Source of the DNA: Octopus vulgaris
Lineage: Eukaryota
Length of the DNA stretch: 64,000 nt
Reading direction: 5' to 3'
NCBI GenBank assembly: GCA_951406725.2
Contig: OX597818.1
Span: 28,210,001 to 28,274,000, forward strand
A model generated the notes under the pieces. It had not been told where the DNA came from. It saw nothing but the letters and a program-made list of their open reading frames with translations, and did no database searches. Positions 22,852 to 37,106 of this stretch are shown here, in pieces; positions within the stretch are counted from its first letter, which is position 1; the number at the start of each line of letters is the position of its first letter. A program made the translations under genes and the position numbers.

Positions 22852-25474
22852 TCATCATCATCATCATCATCATCGTTTAACGTCCGTTCTCCATGCTAGC
22901 ATGGGTTGGACGGTTCGGCCAGGGATCTGGGAAGCCAGAAGGCTGCACCAGGCTCCAGGCGAGGCTGGCAACGGCCACGGTCGGATTGGTGTATTTTACG
23001 TGCCACCGGCACAGAAGCCAGTCGAGGTGGCGCTGGCATCGGCCACGAGTCGGATAGTGCTTTTTATGTACCACCAGACCAGGGATCCTGGCTGGTTCAA
23101 TTCGATTTCGATTTCGATTTCGCTTGCCCCAACATGTCTTCGCAAGCAAAGGGGGTTGGCATGGGTGCCTGTCGTCGGATGAGGTTCTATATTGACTTCG
23201 CTTGCCTCAACAGGTCTTTGTGTCCAAGGGAGGAAAGGCATGCATAAGTGGGCTGGGCTCACTTGTCCTGCCTGGTCTTCTCGGGTACAGCGTATTTCCA
23301 AAGGTCTCGGTCGCTGGTCATTTCCTCAGTGAGGCCTAAAGTTCAAAGGTCGTGCTTCACCACCTTGTCCCAGGTTTTCCTGGGTCTACCTCTTCCACGA
23401 GTTCCCTCAACTGCTAGGGATTGGCACTTTCTCACACACCTATCTTCATCCATTCTTGCCACATGACCATACCAGCGCAATTGTCTCTCTTGCACACCAC
23501 AACTGATGCTTCTTAGGTACAACATTTCTCTCAAGGTACTAACGCTCTGTGGAGTATGTACACTGACATTACACATCCATCGGAGCATACTGGCTTCATT
23601 TCTCACGAGCTTACACATGTCCTCAGTAGTCACGGCCCATGTTTCACTGCCATGTAGCATAGCTGTTCGTACACATGCATCATACAGTCTGCCTTTTACT
23701 CTGAGCGAGAGGCCTTTAGTCACCAGCAGAGGTAAGAGCTCCCTAAACGTTGCCCAGGCTATTCTTATTCTAGCAGTTACACTTTCAGCGCACCCACCCC
23801 CACTACTGATTTGGTCACCTAGATAACGGAAGCTATCAACTACTTCTAGTTTCTCCCCTGGAAAGTGACGGAAGTTGTTTTCTGCAGATTTTCAGAGGTT
23901 AATGCTCCCGAGCATCTGCCACATACAAAAACTATCTTCCCAGTTAGCCTACCTTTGACATTGCTGCACCTCTTATGTGTCCATAGCTTACACTGGGTAC
24001 ATCTTATAGAGTTTCTACCTACACCTTTTCTACAGATCGAGCAGGGCCATCTTCCTGAAGACATTTGTGGATTGTCTACCTTCCTACTTATTAGTACTTT
24101 GGTTTTAGCTAGGTTGACTCTAAGGCCCCTCGATTCTAAACCCTCCTTCCACACCTGGAACTTCTCCTCCAGTTCTGATAGTGACTCAGCAATTAGAGCA
24201 AGGTCGTCAGCATAGAGGAGCTCCCAGGGGCAACCTGTCTTGAATTCCTCCGTAATTGCCTGGAGGACTATGATAAATAGGAGGGGGCTAAGTACTGAAC
24301 CCTGGTGCCCCCAACCTCTACTTTAAATTCTTCTGTGTACATGTTGCCAACCCTAACCTTACTTACGGCATCTCTGTACATGGCTTGCACAGCCCTCACC
24401 AGCCATTCATCTATCCCTAGTTTCCTCATTGACCACCAGATAAGGGATCAGGGGACCCTATCAAAGGCTTTCTCCATGTCAGCGAAAGCCAGGTACAGGG
24501 GCTTATCTTTGGCTAGGTATTTCTCCTGCAGCTGCCTTACCAGAAATATAGCATCAGTGGTACATTTCCCTGGCACGAAACCAAACTGCATCTCATCTAA
24601 ACTAACTCTCTCTCTAATTAGTTGGGCTATGACCCTCTCCGTAACCTTCATTACCTGATCCAACAGCTTGATACCTCTGTAATTATTTGTATCTAGGGCA
24701 TCACCTTTACCTTTGTAGCAGTTGACTAGTATGCTGCTACACCAGTCATTGGGTATGACTCCTTCATGTATCACCTGGTTGACTATACGGGTGACTAGGT
24801 TATAGCCGACACTGCCAGATATTTTGAGCATCTCTGCAGTAATTTCTGATGGGCCTGTGGCTTTCCCTGTCTTCATGCTTCTAATTGCTTTAACTACCAA
24901 AGAATTTTCAACTCGGATGGCTGGTCCTTCTGTTGGGTTGACATTCGGCAGACTCTCTTTATTCCATTCATTTTCTTTATTCAGCAACCTTTCATAGTGG
25001 CATCTCCAAACCTCTCTCTTTGCATCCTCATTTAGCGCAAGTGAACCATCATCCCAGCGAACACACTTCTCTCCTGCCACATCACGATTCTCTCTCACAC
25101 ACTGTCTTGCAACACGAAATACCTCAAGTCTTTCATCCTCACGGCTCAGAACATTGGCAAATTTTTTCTTATCCGCTTCCCCTCTGGCTAAATAAACCTG
25201 TCTCCTAGCTTCCCTTCTGGCTGTCTGATACAATTCTCTGCTACCACCGTTCTTCCAGTCCTTCCAAGCCTGTCTCTTTTGTCTAATAGCCCTGTCAACC
25301 ACAGTGTTCCACCACCATGTTACTCTGGGTCGAGCTGGTACTTTGCTCCATCCACAGATCTGGTCAGTGGTTGTCAGGAGATTGTCCCTTAGAAATCTCC
25401 AGTTGTCTTCCACATTAAGTGAAGCTATATCCCTTTCTATTTCGTCAAAGGCTTCGAGTAGTATGTCTCTAAAC
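22852..25474 (-). mobile_element. Younger 5'-truncated RTE LINE (RT, PHD-like Cys region, C-terminus), disrupted
   Basis: ORFs 24448-25554 (NYRGIKLL, QFGFVPG, DMEKAFDRVP), 23846-24154 (CSIC..CTQC..HKRC) and 23343-23723; (CAT)n tail at 22852. Confidence 0.95.
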
Positions 25475-25509
25475 ATCAAAGGCTTCGAGTATATATATAT
25501 ATGCACATT

Positions 25510-25850
25510 TTTATTTGTTACAGTCATTGGATTGTGGCCATAATAGGGCACCATTTTGAAGGGTTTAGTTGAACAAATTACCCCAATAATTTTTTTTAAC
25601 GTCTGTTACTTATTCTAGCAACCTTGTTTCCTGAACTGGAAACATAAACAAAACAACTCTGGTGACTGAGCAATGGGCGAGGGATGGACAAACATAAACA
25701 CTAAGATACTCACAGAGATATACACACACACACCTATATATATGTACATAGACAATAGGGTTCCACACAGTTTTCATCAATCAAATTCACTCGCAAAGCA
25801 TTGGCTGATCCAGGGCTACAAATGGAAGACACTTGTACAAGGTGCTTCAT
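25510..25850 (-). mobile_element. Degraded SINE
   Basis: Homologous to 768-1150. Confidence 0.7.
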
Positions 25851-26778
25851 GGTGCATAATTGTGTATACATCTAAATATGGAGTTGATGTATAAACAGCA
25901 TAAAATATGTAGCTGGCTGGATGTGATGTGCCATATCAATTTGATATGATGTAGCCCACTACTAAATCTAGCATGTAGATCTAATGCTTCAAGGTTCTCA
26001 TGTCAGAGTAACCAGTGAACATCAAAGAATTAACACCAAGAAGGAAGAAATGTTATTCACATATGTTTATTTGTTGCCCAACAGGTACTTAAAGAGACAG
26101 TAGCAATTCTAGTGATAGTAACAAGGCTGATTTGCTGGTTAGTAGTTGGTAGTGTAGAAAAAGGTTGTCTGTCAGTAGAGAGTGCAAGGGTAAGGAATGC
26201 GTGATGCTGACTAGAAAGGAAGAAAGGGTAAAGGTGGCATCACCTATGTTGCAGCCAAAAGCCTCTCATCACATGTTAAGTGAAGGGTGAAGGGAAGTGC
26301 TGCTCTTGGTTAAAGCTGATGCAAAAGTGGGTGTTGCTCCTTGGTCTGGCTGATACAAAAGAGCCGGTGTTGTTCCTTGGTCATAATTGACACATCAGAG
26401 GAAAAAATAGAAAATTCTCTCTGTTATATAGACTATGGTCAGTAATGTAGGTTAAATCTTAAACAAAGGACTGACCTTTCCTTGACCAGGTCCTAGCGGG
26501 TGGAGTATTTCTTCATCAATCATCTGGTGTGGAGAGGATTTCCCGCTCGTTTTGACTAGCAGCAAGCAGGTAGATTTGGTTTCAAATCTCAGGGAGGGTC
26601 AAGCTAGAATCTTACAAATATATCTTTGGTATTTACAAGCTTTATTACAAAAACGTCATTAAACTCCAATAGTTTATTGCAATGCAATATGTATGGAATA
26701 AACTTGTTTGTTTATACATATCTGGCCAAAATGATAGTTGAAAGTGACATTTTTTCAGTATACACATGTATGTATGCA

Positions 26779-28058
26779 TTGGGTTGTCCGGAAAGTTCAT
26801 GCTGAATTATAGTAGCTTACCTTTCGACTTATTTTAGATCATGGTTGAGTCCATGAAATAAGATTTGACTACACCTCCATTTAGAGCACAGTTTAAGCTA
26901 TCTTTTCGTGGAAGAAGGTTTATGTTCCTATAACCTGTGTTAATTCTGTAACCCTTTAAAATGGAAGATAAGAAAGTTCACTTTCGGCATTCGATGCTTT
27001 TCTTTTTCTGTAAAGGGAAAAATGCCTCACAAGCAACCAAAGAAATATGCCCAGTTTACAGTGATGTTTCTTTATCCGAAAGAACAGTATGGGAGTAGTT
27101 CGCAAGGTTCCAGGTGGAGATTGTAGCCTTATTGATAAAGAGCAATCAGGCAGACCATCCACTACAGATGATGACCAAATCAAGTCATTAACTGAGAATA
27201 ACCCACATTGCACAACCCGAGAATTGGCAGAAAGCCTCAACCTATCAAAATCTGTCGTTCATGAGCACCTGGAAAAGCTTGGGTACACAAATTGCCACGA
27301 TGTTTGGCTACCACATGAGTTGAGTGAGAAGAACCTTTTGGATCGCATTTCCATCTGTGATTCACTTTATAAATGGAATGAAAACGTGCCTTTTTAAAGC
27401 AAATTGTGACAGGTGATGAGAAATGGATTATCTACCGAAATGTTCAGAGAAAGCAATCCTGGAGTAAGCGACATGAGCCACCCTTAGATATCCCAAAAGC
27501 GGGTCTTCACCCTAAAAAAAGTTTTGCTTTGTTGTCTGGTGGGATTGGAAAGGAATTCTGTACTATGAGCGTCTCCCAAGTAACCAGACAATTCTGAGAA
27601 ATACTGCACACAACTGGATGAATTAAAAACGGCAATTCAAGAGAAACATCCAGAATTGGCCAACAGGAAGAGTGTTGTTTTCCAACATGATAATGCAAGA
27701 CTGCACGTTTCTTTGGGAACCAGACAAAAATTGCTGCAGCTCGGCTGGGATGTGTTACCCCACCTTCCATATTCACCAGATATTGCTCCTTCGGATTTCC
27801 ACTTATTCAGGTCTTTGCAGAATAGGCTTAATGGTAAAAATTTCAATTCCTTGGATAACATAAAAAGATACCTTGATGAATTCTTGGCCATGAAACCACC
27901 TCAATTCTGGGAAGAAGGTATTTTCAAGTTAAAGGAAAGATGGAGACGCATTGTGCAACAAAATGGTTCATATTTGGTTGATTAAAAATGTAATGGCAAG
28001 TATTTATTGACCTTTTTCTTTCCTTTAAAAATCGGCACAAACTTTCCGGACAACCCAA
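26779..28058 (+). mobile_element. Full-length mariner (DD34D), transposase pseudogenised
   Basis: TIRs ttgggttgtccggaaagtt / aactttccggacaacccaa; WLPHEL, TGDEKW, HDNA, YSPDIAPSDF split over several ORFs. Confidence 0.95.
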
Positions 28059-28554
28059 TATATATGTATGTATGCATGTATGTATGTATGTATGTTTGTA
28101 TGTATGTATGTATGTATGTATCAGTGATGAAGAGTAGCAAGGGAATTAGGGCATGCAGTCCGCCCCCATTACACTGAGGTTGGCAGGGGGGTAGACTTCT
28201 GAGTGCTCCATTGTCTCCCATTTTCTGTGAAAAGTGCTTTGAGATATGGGGAATCTGAAAATGAAAATAGTTTTCCTGCCTACGAGACACCTTTTCAAAG
28301 TAGTTAGCAAGACATGAGAAATGTACATACAAACATTTCCAAATTATATACAGGAATCATGTGACTAGTGCGCAAAAAAACTTTTGAGACTGTCCCTTAA
28401 TATAAGTGAAGTTAAATTTGATTAACTCGTTTCAAAATGTGTTTGTATTATTTTTTTGCTCAAACCCTTTGAAACATTAGCAGTACCTCATCCTCAGTTC
28501 TGTATCACTCCTTCATGCAAGATGTTGTGTGCCACACCTACTAATGCTTAACTA

Positions 28555-29833
28555 TTAGGTCATCAAGCATGAAATTTGTAGAGAAGAAAAAAGTTTGCTA
28601 ATGTTTTATAAATACAAGGAATAGTTATATTCAACAAAGTATTCACCCATATTGTCAATACAGTTTTGCCATTTCAGTGGTAGCTTGTCCAGCCCAGAAC
28701 TGTAAAAGCCTGCCAATCTAGAGTCAATAAAATCTTGGAAGGCCTGTTTTACAGCATCGTCGGAATTAAATTTTTGTTCTATCAAAAAGTTATCCAAATT
28801 CTGGAAGAAGTGGTAGTCAGTTGGGACAAGACCAGGTGGGTATGGTGGATGATGGCGATCTTCCAACTCCAACTCCTGTAGTTTCACCAATGTCATTTTT
28901 GCGATGTGTGGTCTGGCATTGTCTTGCAATAAAATATGAGTAGATCTGCTGACTAATCTAGGCTGTTTTTTTTTTGTAAGTCTCTGCATCATTTGGTCCA
29001 GTTGGCTGCAGTATACTTTGGCCATGATTGATGAACCAGGTTTAATAAAATCATAATGGATCACACACAGACCATAAAATACATACCATCTTCTTCTTTT
29101 AATGAATTTTGCTTTTTCAACTGTGTTTTGGTGGTTCATCTTTGTCCAACCATTGTCTTGAATGTTTACGGTTGTTGTACTGGATCTATTTCTCATCACA
29201 TGTTACAATTTGATTAAAAAATGATTCATTTTTGTGATGAGAAAGTAGCATAATGCAAGCTTCCAAACGTTGCTGTTTCTGATTTTCATCGAGTTCATGT
29301 GGAACCCACTTATCCAACTTTTTCACTTTACCGATTTGAACTAGGTGAGTCAATATTGTTTGCTTTCTGACACCAAACAACGACGATAATTCAGGGGCAC
29401 TTGGAGATAGATCTGACTTGACGGTGGCTTTCAGCTCGTCATTATCCACCTTTGTTTCTGGTCAACCATGTTGCTCATGTTTGAGGTCAAAGTTACCAGA
29501 ACGAAATTTTGCAATTTGATATTGTCTGCTGTGTAATAACATTAGAATGAAATACTCCATTAATGTTCCGAGCTGTCTGTTATGTTGCATTTCCAAGAAA
29601 GAAGTCATATTTCAAAACTGTACAAATTTCTGACTCATCCATCTCTACACAAAAAATAGCAAAAAACAATTTATAAATACTTTATAAAGCACAAAATGAG
29701 TTAGAATAAAGAAATAGATGTGTCAACTTTCTAACAAAAAATAAAGATTGTCAAAATGTAATAATGGCGCAAAATGAGCAGCTATTAAAGTTTACCATAT
29801 ACCTTACTACAAATTTCATACTTGATGACCTAA
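28555..29833 (-). mobile_element. Full-length mariner (second family), pseudogenised
   Basis: TIRs ttaggtcatcaag(c/t)atgaaatttgtag with TA flanks; WVPHEL, TCDEK, QDNARPH, PTDYHFF. Confidence 0.95.
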
Positions 29834-30053
29834 TAGTATATTCAAAATAAATTGACAAAACTCCTTGAAATTCTATCAGAAGTCATGTAGCTGTCCGAAT
29901 ATTTTCTTTTTTTATAAGTTTATAGAAATGATCTGGACCCCACATTTTATATAAAAAAATTATTATCAAATAAAAAAGTTTTCCGCCTCTTAATTACCAC
30001 TCAAAATCTTTGAAACAGAAATGCTCCCACTTCTAATATCATAGCCATATTGA

Positions 30054-30260
30054 GACGGCAGACAGGCAGAGTTGTTAGCAAGTTGAACAAGAGGTTTTGC
30101 AGTATTTCGCCCACATTTGTGCTCTGAGTTCAAATTGTACCAACTTTGCCTTTCATCTATTTGGGGTCGATAAATTAAGTACCAGTCAAGCACTGGGGTT
30201 GATGTAATTGACTAAACCTGTTCCTCCAAAATTTCAGCCTTTGTGGCTGCATTAAAAAGG
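30054..30260 (+). mobile_element. SINE with 19-bp target-site duplication
   Basis: aatatcatagccatattga at 30035-30053 and 30261-30279; core ctttgcctttcatc..ggggtcgataaattaagtacc. Confidence 0.9.
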
Positions 30261-30651
30261 AATATCATAGCCATATTGAACCATACTTATTTTAAAGAAC
30301 ATTTTATAGGGAAACAAAATCAGAAAATAATTTTTTAAAAATGATATGTGTTTTTTTCAGTGGAATCAAACATTGCAAAGCTGATTTAAAAGAAAAAGCA
30401 TCAGTCAGATCATTCTAAGTTTTTAAAATTTCTTAATTATAATTATTTTCTCTAAGACAAAACAGCAGTCCACAAACTTTGGGGATTTTTCATTGTTCCT
30501 TGTCATGTTTTATAGTATCTTATGTATCATTGTAATAAAAATAAAATATACAAGTGAAAGTAAATTTTGATTGGTGTTTTAGTTAAAAAAAAACAATAGG
30601 TGCTTTTTTTAAAGAATTTTATTTATTTGTGTCATATTTTATTTTTTAAGT

Positions 30652-32318
30652 ACAGTTGGCCATAAGTGGAAAACATTTATCAGTGCACAGATATAATTGA
30701 AGAAAATAGGTAGGATTATCGTCAAATCCTCAATGTTGACGAATTTGGGAAAAAAATGTCAACAAGAACTTTTCTGAAAAGAAAAGAGGCAATGACACTG
30801 TGTTATAAAGCACCCAAGAATAGACAAACACTTGTACTCAGAGGTAATGCCAAAGTTGAATGCAAATTAAAACCAATGCTAATTCATCATACAATACACC
30901 CAGGAACATTAAAAGGCAGTAACAAGCAATCTCTTTCAATAATTTGGGAACCGAATAAAATGGCTTGGGTGACAAAGCAGTTGTTTGAAGAATGTTTCAA
31001 TATGCCTTTTTGTTCCATGTTTGAAAAATATTGCAAAAAAAAAAAGTTTAGATTTCAAAGTTCTAATTTTAGATAATTCCCTTAGGCATCCCACCTCAAT
31101 GATTTAGATAGCAATGTGAAGGTTATATTTCTATCACCAAATACGACTCATTTACTACAGCCAAGGAGTGATTACCAAGAAGTGATTTCTACAATACATT
31201 CAAACCATATTATTTGCAAAGAACTTTCATGCAGGTAATTCAAGTTATAATCCAATCACACTTGAAGAATTTTGGGTGAAAATTGAGAAACAAGCAGTTG
31301 AAAACTTTCACAAGTCTTGGAAGAAGTAACAGGCAGCTGTATGAGAGCTGTCTGGCAGAATCTTTTACTTGAATGCACTAACGATTTTTTCAGTTTCAAT
31401 AACCCCAGCAACAAAGTTATTAATGAAATTGCTACAACTGGAAGATACTTCTGCTTTGAGGAATTAAGGAAATAGATTTGGAAAATGTTAGAGAATTAAT
31501 GGAGTTGTTTCAGATTAAAAAAACAAACTAAGTAATGACAATCTTTTTGGAATGAAGCATCAAAAGGCATATGAAAGAGAAATGAAAAGTAAACAGAAGA
31601 AATGGAAACCACACCCAAAGATATTTCAGTCAAAAAACTTCAAGAATTGTTACAAACAATTGAAAAAGCAAAAGAACTCATTCAAAAGATTGATTCAAAT
31701 GAAAAGAGATGCATGAACGTTCGTTGAGGGCTAGATAAGCAAATGGTTGCTATTGCAAAATCATGGAGGGAAGTAAAACAGCTACCACTGTTTAATGGAA
31801 GGTAGATACTATATTTTTTTTAATATACTCCTCAATTATTTAAAGTAAATACAATGCATTATAGATGTGTTTTATGGAGGAACATGGCCTAGTGGTTAGA
31901 GCAAGGAACTTGCAGTCAAAGGATCACGGGTTTGAATCTCAGACCAGGTGATGTGTGTGCTTATGAATGAAATACCTAAGCTCCACGCAGCTCCAGCAGA
32001 AGGTAATGGCAAACCTGCTGACTCCTTTGCCACAACTTTCTCTCACACTTTCCTCCTACATCTAGCAGCTCACCAGCATCCTGCCCAGGTGGGGGAATCT
32101 ATACACAATGAAACTGGCCCTTATGAGACAGGTATGGCTTGAGAAGGAACAAACAACAACATAGATGTGCTTTGATTGAGAAAAAAATGTTTATGATTTT
32201 GGTATTTCCAAGAGTTTGCTATAATAATTGCATTGGTTCTTAGGTTTGATTAATGTGGTTTTGGTATATGTGGAGTTTCAGGAGAATTAATCAACCACAC
32301 TAATCAAGGAATTCATGT
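30652..32318 (+). mobile_element. Tigger/pogo-like DDE transposon relic
   Basis: NVDE, STRTFL..KAPKNRQTLVL.GNA..KLKPMLI..NKMAWVT, followed by decayed LDN..H and SPNTTHLLQP. Confidence 0.8.
31876..32160 (+). mobile_element. tRNA-derived SINE nested in the Tigger relic (mirror 59510-59794)
   Basis: Head tggcctagtggttagagca..gggtttgaatctc; (AAC)n tail; imperfect TSD atagatgtg(t/c)ttt. Confidence 0.85.
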
Positions 32319-32639
32319 AATAGATATTCGACAAGCTTCTTTCCAGTTTCTGTTGTGTTGTTGCCACAGTTAGATATGAACTCTGTTACTATGGGTTTGC
32401 CTTCGGCTTCACATAATTTATTCTTGCGTCTTTTCTCTACAATGAACTAAGTAATTTGCACATGACTGCAATTGGTACGTATGTTTGTTTATAAATACCA
32501 TATATTTTCCATCTAATAACTGAAAAAGATAAAAAGTAAAATATATACTCTTCATTATCGAATAATCATATGAAATCATCAGTAAAACAAACTTGCAAAT
32601 TGACTAAACACAGGTTGACAGCTAGCTAAAGGGCAAGCA

Positions 32640-35600
32640 GTGAAAAATCTGAAGTCTAACTTAAGAAATTGAGGACTCTTTTCTACCATAGGCTGAATAG
32701 ACCCAATCAAGTGGTAGATCTGTCCCTGGACTTTCAAAGTCAGCATGGCCCGTATTCTGATTCAAGCTTTGCTCTGAAGGATGTCATATGAAAGGCAGAA
32801 TTCTGGTAGCAGATATTACGCAGAAACTTCACTGATTCCTCTTCTGTGTCTGTCAAAAGGAGTTGTAATGTCTCTGGAGGGTTGTAAATAGGAGGTAGTC
32901 TAATTTCATCGTTTGAGCAGCAGATTCCATCTCTTTCCTCTGGCCACTTTTTCGCACAACATATCTGGCAAGTAGAGGTCATTTCCCCAAGTTGGATATT
33001 TCCATGGCTGGCGTAGTCATAGGAGGAGTCGTAGTTAAAGGCTTTCAACAACCATCGTGAATTGCAAGTCCTAGAAATGCCATGAAACAATGATGGCCGC
33101 TTTTCAATTTGAAGTGGTTGGTCACATCATTGCTGTATGGTTTCACTATTTCATGCAGAGCAGTGGCAGTGGCATTCCTGCTTCATCAAACACCATGTCG
33201 TCCTTCATCATTTTGAGAGCGAACAGCACCTGTTGCAGTGGAATCCCTGCTTCGTTGAATGGCACATAGTCCTTCATCCTCTCAAGTGCTAGCAATGGCT
33301 GTTGCAATAGTGTACCTGCTTCATCAAATGGCATGTCGTCCTTCATCCTCTTGAGCATGAACAGTGGCAGTTGCAGTACCATCCATGCTGTGTTGAATGG
33401 CATGTTGTCCTTCATTCTCTCGAGCACGAGCAGCAGATATGGCAGCAGCATCCCTGCTTCGTCGAACGGCACACCATTCTTCATCCTCTTGAGCGGGAGC
33501 TGTGGATGTTGCAGTGGCATCCCTGCTTCATTGAATGGCAAGTCGTCCGTCATCTCCTCGAGCGCGAACAGCAGCAGTCACTGCAGCATCTTTGTTCTGC
33601 CAAGGTTCATGCCAACTGTCATCTTCCTCTGCTCTTCCAGCTGCCATCTGCACAGTATTCAGTGAGAGCATGATCGCACTTGCATTTACATCTTCGGTGA
33701 CATGCCTTCGGTTAGATCTACTTGCATCAGTGACCAATCAAAGTTCTTTTCTTAAGAGGCATTGTTTTTAGAGAATTAACCAGGGAGAACAATGAAATGT
33801 GAACAAATGACGTTTAAGTAAGCAAATCTAAACACGAATATAAATTGCGAAAAAATGTAATATATCTATATGCTCTGAGAAAGTGAGTATGTTTTGCAAG
33901 ATTTTGTGTACCAGTCAAATCTCGGGTTTTAAGTTAGGGGCAACCCAGCGTATGGACTACCTGTGATAAAGGAAATTAAATAGTGTGGCTACAGTGGTAG
34001 GTATATAAGTGTCAGTATGTTTGTTCAGTTTGAACATCGAGTTATGCACCACACAAACGTATGGCCGTCGGTGATACCACTACAGGTTCTAGCGTGAAAC
34101 AGCCTGCTCGCACACGTGGAAACCCACTCAGCAAGTCATTTACCGCAACAGAAACAGAAAAAGCAGTATCGAGAAGCCAGAAAAGCCGTCAACAACAAAT
34201 CTAAACCGTTGCATTTCGTCAAACTTAATTTTCTTGATAAAATCACAACATGAACGTCTCTACGACACAACTACCAACTCATGGTCTTTTGTTGATCTCA
34301 GCTCGCAACACCTACATGATGACCATTCTTTGACCTTTTTTGTCAACTCAGCAACTGAACTTTTTGTCCACTCAACAACCGATCTCTCCTTCCTACTGAC
34401 CTAACTCCATGGCTGTCCTTCTCGTCTACTGTCTGCTCTCTCTTTTTAAAGGCTTTTTTCTCTTTATCCATCTGACAACATGGACTGTTCAATTTTTCTT
34501 TTTATTTCTTTTAATAGACTTCGTTTTTTCTTCTTTTTCCTTTCTTTTTTCTTTTAAAAGACAGGGAATGATGTTCGCGTCACACAAACACAAAATCAAT
34601 ATATTTTTTTGCCGTTCGTAACAATAGCAATAAGTAAATATTAACTATTGAAAGGATAGAGGCAAAAATGTCCAAAAAATCACAGCATGATAAACTGGAA
34701 ACTTATGACCATAAACACATTAAATAAACCTCATTTAAAGTGTAAATTGTTGAAAAAGCATACATTTCAGAAACATGGGGTAGCTTATGAAAGTATACAA
34801 GTAAAAAAACCTACCACTTGTCAAAAGCCAAAAATGAAGTATGATCCTAGGTTGGACTCGACCGAGATAAATAGAAGTGATTTCGCTTAATGAAAAACAC
34901 TGAAGGTGTCTGATTGGTTAGATAATACAAATAAGTGTGATGAAATCTGCTGAACACAACTCACTGATGTGTGGTTGGCCAGAGGTCACCATTTCCCACT
35001 TAATTAGGGTACAATTAAATGGGGGAGGCAACTGTGTGCAAAAACTAATCAATCATTTGCACAGTTTAGGCATAATTGTGAAATAGCACAATTTACATAC
35101 AGTAGACATTAAAATTTACACCTGGGTTAAATCACACTTTCTTGGTTAGGAGTATGAAATGATGCTAAAGTTCAAGGAAAAAAATTTAACTCTCCATTCC
35201 ACACTTAATTGTGGGGCAATTACACATGGGAGACAACCGAGTGCAAAATTAAATTCAACCATCCTAGAGTTAACTGAGTAAATTAAAGTTTAGTCAGTGG
35301 GACTTATGAATTCACTACTCCATTTGTAAGACATGAGTAAAAGATGCGTCGACTTTTGTTTAAATTGACTGTTATTTCCAGAAGTTAAAATGATTTGCTG
35401 CAATCATATATGAACTCTAAAAGTAGTCCAAAGGGGCTCACTGCCTTCCCTAGGGGGGCAGAATTGAAGTGATAACGAATTTGCAATACTTTATCTTATG
35501 ATTGGCAAGAACCATGAAAAACTCCTGAGGTTCTGATGCTGTTTTATTGTGGCACTTTGAACTTTTATGGGTTAATGATTTAGGTTCATTGTTCCCAAGG

Positions 35601-36455
35601 GGATCATCTTGCTGAATTGAAATGGAAGTAAATGTGCCTCACTGTATCTTCATCTGTAGTGAATGAATAAAACTGAGTCAAAATTCATTTTATGGGACTA
35701 CCAATTATCGAAGCTATGACCCTTTGTTGTATTACAAGAGCCAAATTCAGTAAATGACTTGCCAGGACTTATGCCCCCTGGGGTCCCCTTGCTTGTTCCA
35801 GGTATAGACAGCATCTTCAACACCATCTTTAGGCAATGGGTAATCAATGTGTCCCCTAATGCTAAAATTGAGCATAAACTTCAAAAGTTATTAGGTACTA
35901 ATACAGTGTTAATGTGAACTTCAGTTGGTAAGTCAAAGGGGCTTACTACCCCTCCAGGGTCCCCTTGATAAGTTCAAATAAAGGTTCGTATGTTCACCTT
36001 CCTCTGTGAGCCATTGGTAATCAATATGTCTTGTTTTGTGAAAACCAAATGCCAACTCAACCAGTTTTGTTGCATTGATAATATCAACTTCAACATTCAT
36101 CAAAATCGGTTTACTACTCACCAAGGGGTCCTCTACCTGGATTTCTGTGCAAGTGCATGCTTGCAACTTTATTTGTAGGCCATAATCAAACAAAAGATTA
36201 ATTTTGGTGAAGATGGGAGGCAAACTGCAGGAATTATGGGGCCTTTATGCTGTAGTACTGCTGACTCCAAGAGAGGCTTAAGGAGGTTATCTGCATCTGG
36301 GGCTGGGGTACAATCGAGGTACAGAAAAATAAAATAGCCTATGATGCATAATAGAACTTCAGAAACCTATGTATGAAATTTGGTGCAAATTAGCTGTAAG
36401 ATGTAGAAATGCATGCAGTTACACAGACAGACAAAGAGAGAGAGAGCAAGATAGA
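32640..36455 (-). mobile_element. 3'-truncated Helitron (RepHel N-terminal region)
   Basis: CQICCAKKWPEERDGICCSND.IRLPP..PPETL..FLRNI..NSAFHMTSF..KVQGQIYHLIGS; 69-bp coding repeats at 33146-33600; (CTGT)n/ataggcta-type 5' end near 36330-36455. Confidence 0.8.
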
Positions 36456-36754
36456 TATGTGTGTGTATGTATGGATGTGTCTATATGTGCATATATATAT
36501 GTATCAGAAGATCATGTTTTTGATTCCTGAACCAGGCGGTGTGTTGTATCTTGTGCAAAACACTTCATTTCATGTTGCACCTGTCCACTTAGCTGTAAAT
36601 ATATAACCCTGTGATTGGTTGCCAATCCATTCAAGGGGTATCTTGTGATCTTGGTCACTTATTCACCATGGAAACTGAGTAACTACTACTTGAGACCTAC
36701 TACTTGGCAGAAATATTCAGGGGCTTGGTTTCTACTATACACACCCAAGTAAAC

Positions 36755-36792
<38 letters not shown>

Positions 36793-36797
<5 letters not shown>

Positions 36798-37106
36798 TCA
36801 TCATCATCAACATCATATAACATTCATTTTCCATACTGGCATAGGCAGGATGGTTTCACAGGAATTCACAATTCAGAAAACTGCATCAAGATCTGATGTC
36901 TGTTTAGGCATGCTTTCTGCAGGTTGATGCCCTTCCTAATGACAACCACTTTACAGAGTAATCTGAGTGCTTTTGATGTAGTACCAGCAGCAATGAGGCC
37001 ACCAAATAACTTGCAGGACAAGCCCCTCAATTGGAGTAATATTGAAGGACAGAGAAAGAAGGTGTCTTGCATTAGAAGAGAAACATTGCCACTTCAAATG
37101 GAGAGA
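36793..37106 (-). mobile_element. RTE 3' UTR/tail fragment
   Basis: (CAT)n tail and gatgcccttcctaatg..agtgctttt motif shared with other RTE ends. Confidence 0.7.

Noticed and set aside
26051-26393. Solo LTR (TG...CA, minus-strand AATAAA, three ~30-bp internal repeats)
   Set aside because: No TSD and no second copy in the window; unsupported
31876-31950. tRNA gene
   Set aside because: tRNA-like head of a SINE with body, (AAC)n tail and TSD
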